Origin: Macrostomum lignano
Lineage: Eukaryota
Direction: 5' to 3'
Length of the DNA: 64,000 nt
Assembly: GCA_002269645.1 (NCBI GenBank)
Contig: NIVC01000650.1
Location: 340,996 to 404,995, forward strand
The notes under the pieces were generated by a model. That model saw nothing but the letters and a program-made list of their open reading frames with translations. It had not been told where the DNA came from and made no database searches. The stretch's first letter is position 1; every line of letters begins with the position of its first letter. The translations under genes were made by a program, and so were the position numbers. Shown piece after piece: positions 57,954 to 64,000 of this stretch.

Positions 57954-59377
57954 GAACCCGGGGGCTCTTCAGGCGTGGAAGGAGGAGGCATCAGAGCTTG
58001 CGCGCGCAGCTGGGCGAGCCTCTCCTGCCTCTCCCTGGTAGCCTCGTCTAACATATCTCTGCCCCACTCCTCTAAATCTTGCCTATGGCGATCAGGTGGC
58101 GCACGAAGCTGCAATTGCTGCTGCTGCACACCCGGCGCCGGCGGCGTGGGCGCCTCCTGAATTGCAAGCGGCGGGGGCTGGGGTTGGCGCCAGTTCCTAC
58201 TGCTATTAGAGCCGCCCTGCCCCTGCCTCCAGTTCCTGTTGGGAGTGGCGGGGCGAGGGGGCCTCATCTGCTGGGGCAGCTGGGCAACAGACTCTGCTGT
58301 CGCCTTCATAGTTTCATTGAGCTGCACCAGCTGGTTGCGCAGATCCTTTTGCGTTTGCTCTAGCGCGCCCAACCTCTCTTGCATCTCTGATAGGCCGTCA
58401 CCGTCCTCCTCCGTCTCGTCAGCTTCCTGGTTCACCATCCTGACCCACTTGCGAGGGGGCCTGGGTGGCTGCTGAGGTTGCAGACGGACTTCGGTGCGGG
58501 ACTCAGACCTGGGCGGGCCACTACTGTCCCATTTCCCGGCTAAGTCTGCGGCTTCTAACAGGGCTTGCTGCTGTTCTAACACCTGCTCAATTGTCTGCCA
58601 GCGACGGCTCAACAGATCTTGTCTGACCTGGCGGGGGAGCTTAGCGTGTTCCAAGTAGGTGTACACGATTTCTTGTTCTCTCTGCTCACCCTGAATCTGA
58701 GGAAACATGGCCGTTATCTGAGATCTTATCATAGCAGCAAAAGCACTATGTGATTGGCCGGGTTTCTGGCTCAGATTCTTCAGCTTATTTCTCTTAGCCA
58801 GATCAGTGTTGGCCTCGCCCAACTGCTCTCCTAATCTAGATACGAACTGCTCAAAGGGCAATTGCCCGTCCAATCCTAAGGCTAAGTTCTGAAATTCACC
58901 TGGGAGGTGCGAGATGAGCACCTGCTTCCTAGCCTGATCTCCTACAGTTCTCTCCGCGTCCAGCTTGTAGATCATTCTCTCTACCCATTGCACAAAACAG
59001 TGTTCGCCGGGAGAGAACTTTTCTACGTAGATTTTCGGCCTCTGGGCGTCTTGGCCCATGTTTAGCTGGTTAAACGCATTGGCTATAGCGGCAACTAAGT
59101 CTCCTAGCTGCGGGACTGCCTGAGGAGGATTCTGGGCTGCGTCCGGGGGAGCAGCGGCGGCTGCTGCGCCACCCTGATTGGGAGCGGGAGCTGCTACTCC
59201 TTCATCTGGTTCCTCAACTACTACTGCTTCTGGAGGCTGAGGGACCTGGTTACCAGCGGCTGCGGCCATTGCGGCTGCGGGGGCGGCAACTGCTGGGGTG
59301 TCAGCGGCCGAGGGTGGTTGACCAGGGGCGTCTGCGCACACAGCTTCTACGACCCTATCTCCACGCGCCCGTGACAT
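57932..59377 (-). CDS. Gag-like protein, 481 aa
   Basis: Ala/Pro-rich N-terminus; capsid-like core (EKFSPGEHCFVQWVER; LKNLSQKPGQSHSAFAAMIR); coiled-coil and RP/Q-rich C-terminus; no CCHC knuckle; located between the PBS and the protease. Confidence 0.85.
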   Translation of the reverse strand: MSRARGDRVVEAVCADAPGQPPSAADTPAVAAPAAAMAAAAGNQVPQPPEAVVVEEPDEGVAAPAPNQGGAAAAAAPPDAAQNPPQAVPQLGDLVAAIANAFNQLNMGQDAQRPKIYVEKFSPGEHCFVQWVERMIYKLDAERTVGDQARKQVLISHLPGEFQNLALGLDGQLPFEQFVSRLGEQLGEANTDLAKRNKLKNLSQKPGQSHSAFAAMIRSQITAMFPQIQGEQREQEIVYTYLEHAKLPRQVRQDLLSRRWQTIEQVLEQQQALLEAADLAGKWDSSGPPRSESRTEVRLQPQQPPRPPRKWVRMVNQEADETEEDGDGLSEMQERLGALEQTQKDLRNQLVQLNETMKATAESVAQLPQQMRPPRPATPNRNWRQGQGGSNSSRNWRQPQPPPLAIQEAPTPPAPGVQQQQLQLRAPPDRHRQDLEEWGRDMLDEATRERQERLAQLRAQALMPPPSTPEEPPGSGNPWEG

Positions 59378-61726
59378 GTGAATGCCGGATAGCTGGGGGA
59401 GTACCCACTACCGGGAAGGAAAAGAAAAGAAAACCGGGGCAACTACAGGTAAAGACCGAAAAGTTGATCCGAAACACACAAACACACTCACACACACAAA
59501 CACAGACAAAACCACACACTTGCGGCGTCGAAGAAAACAAATTGAAAAACGGGTGGCTCCACATAATTCCATTTAGGCAGTCCTAACGGCTTCACTCGGC
59601 AAAGCACACTGACTCAAACTGCGGCTACCACTACCAGTTGTCTATGGCACATCCTGACAGGGAAAAATTGGCTATTCAGAGAGACTTGACCTTCATTTTG
59701 CGGCCATGCTAGGGAACCCAAATGCCGACCGTAAACGGACTTACGGCACCTGTACAAATTCTCCCCTAGGGTTGCGCGCCGGACCCCATTTCCTTAAGAA
59801 AGCTACTACGAAGAAGCGTTGGCGCCTGGACCCAAAAACCCAAGTGGCGGGAGCAATCCCCATGGAGGTCCTCCCACTTTACTGCCCTTGCACAGCCGGA
59901 AAACCGTCGGAGTCCAGTGGGGCTTCCACCTCAGGACTACCAATCTTGTACACGCAGCTTCACAAAAGGCGGGAATCCAGCTCCCCTACGTCTAGCAGAA
60001 TCCACAAAAACCAAGACCTCCCCCTTCTGTTCAGAGCGAAGGCGCGCAGCGGGAGTCCAGACTAAACTGTCCCCGAAGTTTTCAGGTTAGGCGGATTACA
60101 AGCCTGAAACTCTCGCCCGCTTTCCTAGGATAAACAGACCTAAGTGAGTATCTTCCTGAAATGCTTGCCCCTCCGATACTCCACCTTTGCTGCAGCTCGA
60201 AATAGCATACTTGGGACCTTTATCTGATGGCGGAGAAAGTCCTACAGTTGTCAGCCTCTCCACTTTACTGTACTTGAACGCCCGGTTCTACCAGGAGACA
60301 GCGGTACCTCCATCTAGGTTATTCCAAGTTGCCAGAGACGTCAACCCGTCTTATTGACCTTGCGGGGCACTGGGGTGGCACTCTATGTACCGGGGCTTTA
60401 CATTAGGGGACTGCATGCAACCCTGCGTCTAAGCGCTTAGTGGGCTGCAGTGGCCAGAGGGGAAAAGAGTTGCGCAATAGCGCCTTCCTGGGCCAGGCTG
60501 ACAAGTCGGGCAGGAGCGCCGTTCTACCGGGTCGGGCTGATTGGCACACCCACCTCCCCTATCAGACTGACAGCAGGGGGGAGGAATTACTAAAGGAGGA
60601 GAATGCAGCAGGAAACATTACGAGATCACTGGGGGCCACCAGACTTCCAGTACACCATTCCAATACTCACTGAACTCCACTATCAATAGGATACTATGGG
60701 ATCTACTATTTCCAGCCACTGCACCAGCCCAAATGCAACCAAAGCAGTTACTACCGGGTCTGCAATACAGTGGGGAGAGTCAGCAGACACGTTGGGATCG
60801 AATCCCAGCCATGAAGGCACCAGGGGTTACCGCAGAATTCAGGTCCGGGCTGATCGCAGGTATTCCATAGGAGGTGACACTTTTTTTAGCCCGAGATTTT
60901 TGAGTCACACTGATACCCTACAGAGATACAATCACACCGCTATTCCCATTCCTGCGAGACTTTGGTATCCCCCAATGTTTCCAAGGCCATGACTACTGCT
61001 TCCCTTACTATGCATATATAGCGAGTTCCCCATAGCCCTTGATAGCTGTTCATTCTAATGGACAAACAAAACACGCTCCGGTCTCTACGCATTTCTAGGA
61101 TTAACTGAGCGATCAGGGAGAGCGACTGTTACACTCCCCCGAGTAAAAGAAAGAGGTAGGACAAAGGAAAGAAATGCTTCGCTTCCAGCTTCCCTGTGCT
61201 TGCGTGATGAGGCTTCCGTACCTGGCTGGCTGTCCACCTCAACACTCACACAGTTCTGCTGTAGGCTAGGCGAGAGAAAGAAAGGGAGGGGAAATAAAGC
61301 ATATTACCATGAAATAGAAAGTGAGTCCGGAAAATTCACTTTCGCAGTTCTTCACACACTCCGTTACCAGGTAGCTATTCTGATTGTAATCAAATCCGCT
61401 CGTCTACCACTTCACACTTTCTAGCGCTGAAACTGATCGGCTAAATTAATTTTAAATTGAATCAGGGGCTTTTGGCGAATGAATGAATTTGGAAATTTCG
61501 AATGAATTGAACGAATTCGCAGCCCGAAAAATTTGAAAAGTTACATTAATATTTTTGGATTTTGTTGCCTCACGCCATGGGAGAAGAGAATGACGATTGG
61601 CGATTTTTACGATTGGTAGATTTAGACATGGCACTCTTTGCGCTTCGGCCACCATTCTGAGGGATGCCACAGGTGCGCTTGTCACATCTAAACCACCAGT
61701 CCGAAACTCAGCGCTGTTTGCACCAG

Positions 61727-61744
61727 ATCCCACCGCTGCCACCA
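61727..61744 (-). other. Primer binding site complementary to the tRNA-Leu 3' end
   Basis: The + strand reads ATCCCACCGCTGCCACCA, the 3'-terminal 18 nt of eukaryotic tRNA-Leu(AAG/UAG) including CCA, 3 nt from the 5' LTR. Confidence 0.88.
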
Positions 61745-61747
61745 TTT

Positions 61748-63960
61748 TGATGTAACCGCCCTTGTCGCCTGTCCGCTCCGTAGAGAGACGAACGCATGAC
61801 TAGAGGGGGCAATGACCGTAGGCTGCCTATGACCGGGCAATGACCTGACGGACCTCCAGCACCAGACTGTCCCGCCCACATGATTAGTAGCTTTGGTAGC
61901 GCTTCGTGACCAGAGGGCCAAGGACCCACATGGACCCCACCTGTAGCCAAGGTGCAATAGTTGGTCACTCGGTCATAGTATGACCGAGTGGCTGCCACCA
62001 CTCTATGTGACCTGGCGCACCTGGATCTTTCTACCAGACCTCTCGAGGCTAGAGCCCCGCCTGGATTGGTTACCAGGGGATTTAGGCTAACAGGGGAGAC
62101 GCATGCAGCCGAGTACAGGGACTCTGCTTGGGGCATGATCGGGAACTCTGGGCTCAATCCTGGAGGATTTCTCAGCAGGGGATCCTTTGTGGCTGTGAGC
62201 GAGGCTGACTTGCGACTTTGATTACTAAGAGTAGTATGAGGCGAACATGTACTGTCTACAGTTTAGATTGCTCAGGGCGAAGGGACGCGTTAGCATGGGG
62301 TTGCAACCTTCCTACTGCCATTCTGTGCCAAGACTCGCTAATCCCTCTACTGCACGCACACGCGGCCCCGCAGCACGCACTCACAGGCGGGCTTTGCACG
62401 GGGAGAGGCCATTAGCTTACCCAAACTTCCTTATGCTTTGCCACCCCGGGAGAAAGGCTTAGCAAGCCATGAGTGAAATGATGGTGAAAGATTGAATAAT
62501 GATGAAGTTAGTTAATAGTTAATAATTAGGCCCTTAGGCAAATAAGCAGGCAATTAGGCGGCTTCACTATTGAGTAAAATACAGCAAAAGATACGGTATC
62601 ACAATTGGCTCAGCTCTCTAATCAGACAATGGAAAATAGGCAAACCCCGGATAAGCAAAGGCAATTAGAGCACAAATTAGTAGCAGGAACTTACCGGCAG
62701 CTGCACAGAGAGAGAGAGAGGCGGAGTGACCGAGGGCGGCTGTAGGCTGCAGTCAGGCAGACGGTGAAGCGGCGATGCGCTGGAGCGACGAGGCGCTGAT
62801 GTAGATCAGGCGATGCTGATGATGCTGGGCGGTATCAGACCGCTGGCCGATAGGCGAGCTCACTTGGGGAGCTAAGGATAACTTGGCGGTAACAGACCGC
62901 GGCCGGCAGGGATTCGTCTTATAGACGAATGGGTCAGAACTCAATCTGACAGCAAGTCCAAAGAAGGACGAGGAGAGGAACAGAGATAAACTCAGTTGAG
63001 TATTCTCATGCCGAAATCGCTTCCTTTTATAGACCTCACAGCCGCCTCCTCAAGGTCGTTACCATGGCTCCCTCTCTCTGATTGGCTGCCGGCAGAATGA
63101 CGTCAGAATGAGTCATGATGAGAAGCATGAGACCGGCATAGCAACATGAGAAATCGGGAAATTGCGCAATCCGGAGGTGGGGTGGGGGATAATTGGCGCA
63201 GCGGGTGGTCGCGAAAGTGTTGCGCAAGCAAACATTGAGAACAATAGGGCTGGGGTCGAGAACAAAGGAATTGGAAATCGGGGATAATTGGGGAAAACTG
63301 AGAACAATGGAAAAGTAAACATTGGAGAAAAGGTGATAATTAGGTGCGAAAACGAGAACAAAAGAAAGAGAAAATCGGAGAAAATGTGATAATTGGTGGG
63401 GGTCGAGAGAACAAAAGAAGCAAAAACGAGAACAATAGAAGCGGAGGTGGGGTGGGTGTCACATGAGAAATTTGGGAAGGAGAACAATAGCGTGAGAAAA
63501 GGTTGCGCAAGAGAGGGGGATGAGTCATCGATGAGTCACCGAGGGGGAGAAGGGGTCACACGACTTGCGTCACCGTTTGGGAGTTTGAGAGGGGATGGGG
63601 AGACGGTGAGCACACAAAGTACTGTAAGTAGACACAGGGAAAGAGGGGACAGCGCAGGAAAAGAGTGCAGAGGGAGACAAAAAAAGGAGGAGGTAGAGAA
63701 AGTACAGGAAGAATAGGGCGGGAACAGAAGAGATAGGGTAGAGGGGGAGGTACAGAAAGGGGTAGGGGCTCCGGAAAGGCAGGTGTGGCGGCAGGAGAGA
63801 CGGGACCAAGGCAGCAGGAGGTGCAGCAGAGCGGGAGTCTCCAGGCCCGGTCGGAGACCTGGCCGAGTCTCGACAGCTCTGTGCAGAGGGTGCACGGGAT
63901 AGGAGGCACTTTCGAAAAAGTTCCCATGCCCTATCCCGCGACCAGAGCGTGGTTACATCA
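61748..63960 (-). repeat. 5' LTR (2213 bp)
   Basis: Copy of 50807-53022; TATAAAAG at 63024-63031 (-); splice donor CCG|GTAAGT at 62695/62694 (-). Confidence 0.97.
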
Positions 63961-64000
63961 TCGTTGCACTCTGTGCAATTCGTCAAAATCCAAAAGCAGT

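Larger units (their letters stand above)
50807..63960 (-). mobile_element. Non-autonomous LTR retroelement, 13.15 kb (gag-pro plus accessory ORFs, no RT/RNase H/IN)
   Basis: Two ~2.2-kb LTRs with TGATGTAACC...GGTTACATCA termini, PBS, PPT, gag and aspartic protease ORFs on the - strand. Confidence 0.93.

Noticed and set aside
60791-60812. GTTGGGATCGAATCCCAGC hairpin resembling a tRNA T-arm/B-box
   Set aside because: No A-box or cloverleaf around it; not a tRNA gene.
59400-61726. Decayed pol or extra upstream ORF in the 2.3-kb leader
   Set aside because: No YxDD, RNase H, HHCC or DDE motifs found by eye in any frame; only short open frames. A translated HMM search is needed to exclude it fully.

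Overview
Eukaryotic (metazoan) genomic DNA. GC-rich exons, GT-AG introns packed with private minisatellites and the gene content suggest a flatworm such as Macrostomum (inference only). Host genes reconstructed by hand with phase-consistent splice sites: a 5-exon claudin-superfamily (TMEM47/PERP/VAB-9-like) tetraspan with a long N-terminal tail (+, 6823-16939); an intronless class A GPCR (-); PEX16 (+, 5 exons); a UspA-domain protein (+, 2 exons); intronless cyclin H (+); mitochondrial IF-3 (+, 2 exons); and a nicotinic-receptor alpha-like subunit (-, 6 exons seen, signal-peptide exon not found). Mobile DNA: a dead RTE-like LINE carrying two ~50-bp hAT-type mini-elements, several MITEs, a 3.26-kb CACTA/EnSpm-like element, a hAT transposase remnant, and a 13.15-kb LTR retroelement (50807-63960, -). 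The LTR element is the most unusual object. It has near-identical 2.2-kb LTRs, a tRNA-Leu PBS, a PPT and gag joined to protease by a GGGAAAC -1 frameshift site, but no RT/RNase H/integrase. Instead it carries an unrecognised 449-aa ORF behind its own CCAAT/CCAAT/TATA internal promoter and a candidate spliced antisense gene overlapping that ORF. A second highlight is a candidate secreted peptide-precursor gene nested antisense in an intron between inverted satellite arrays. No database searches were run; family calls rest on motif recognition.
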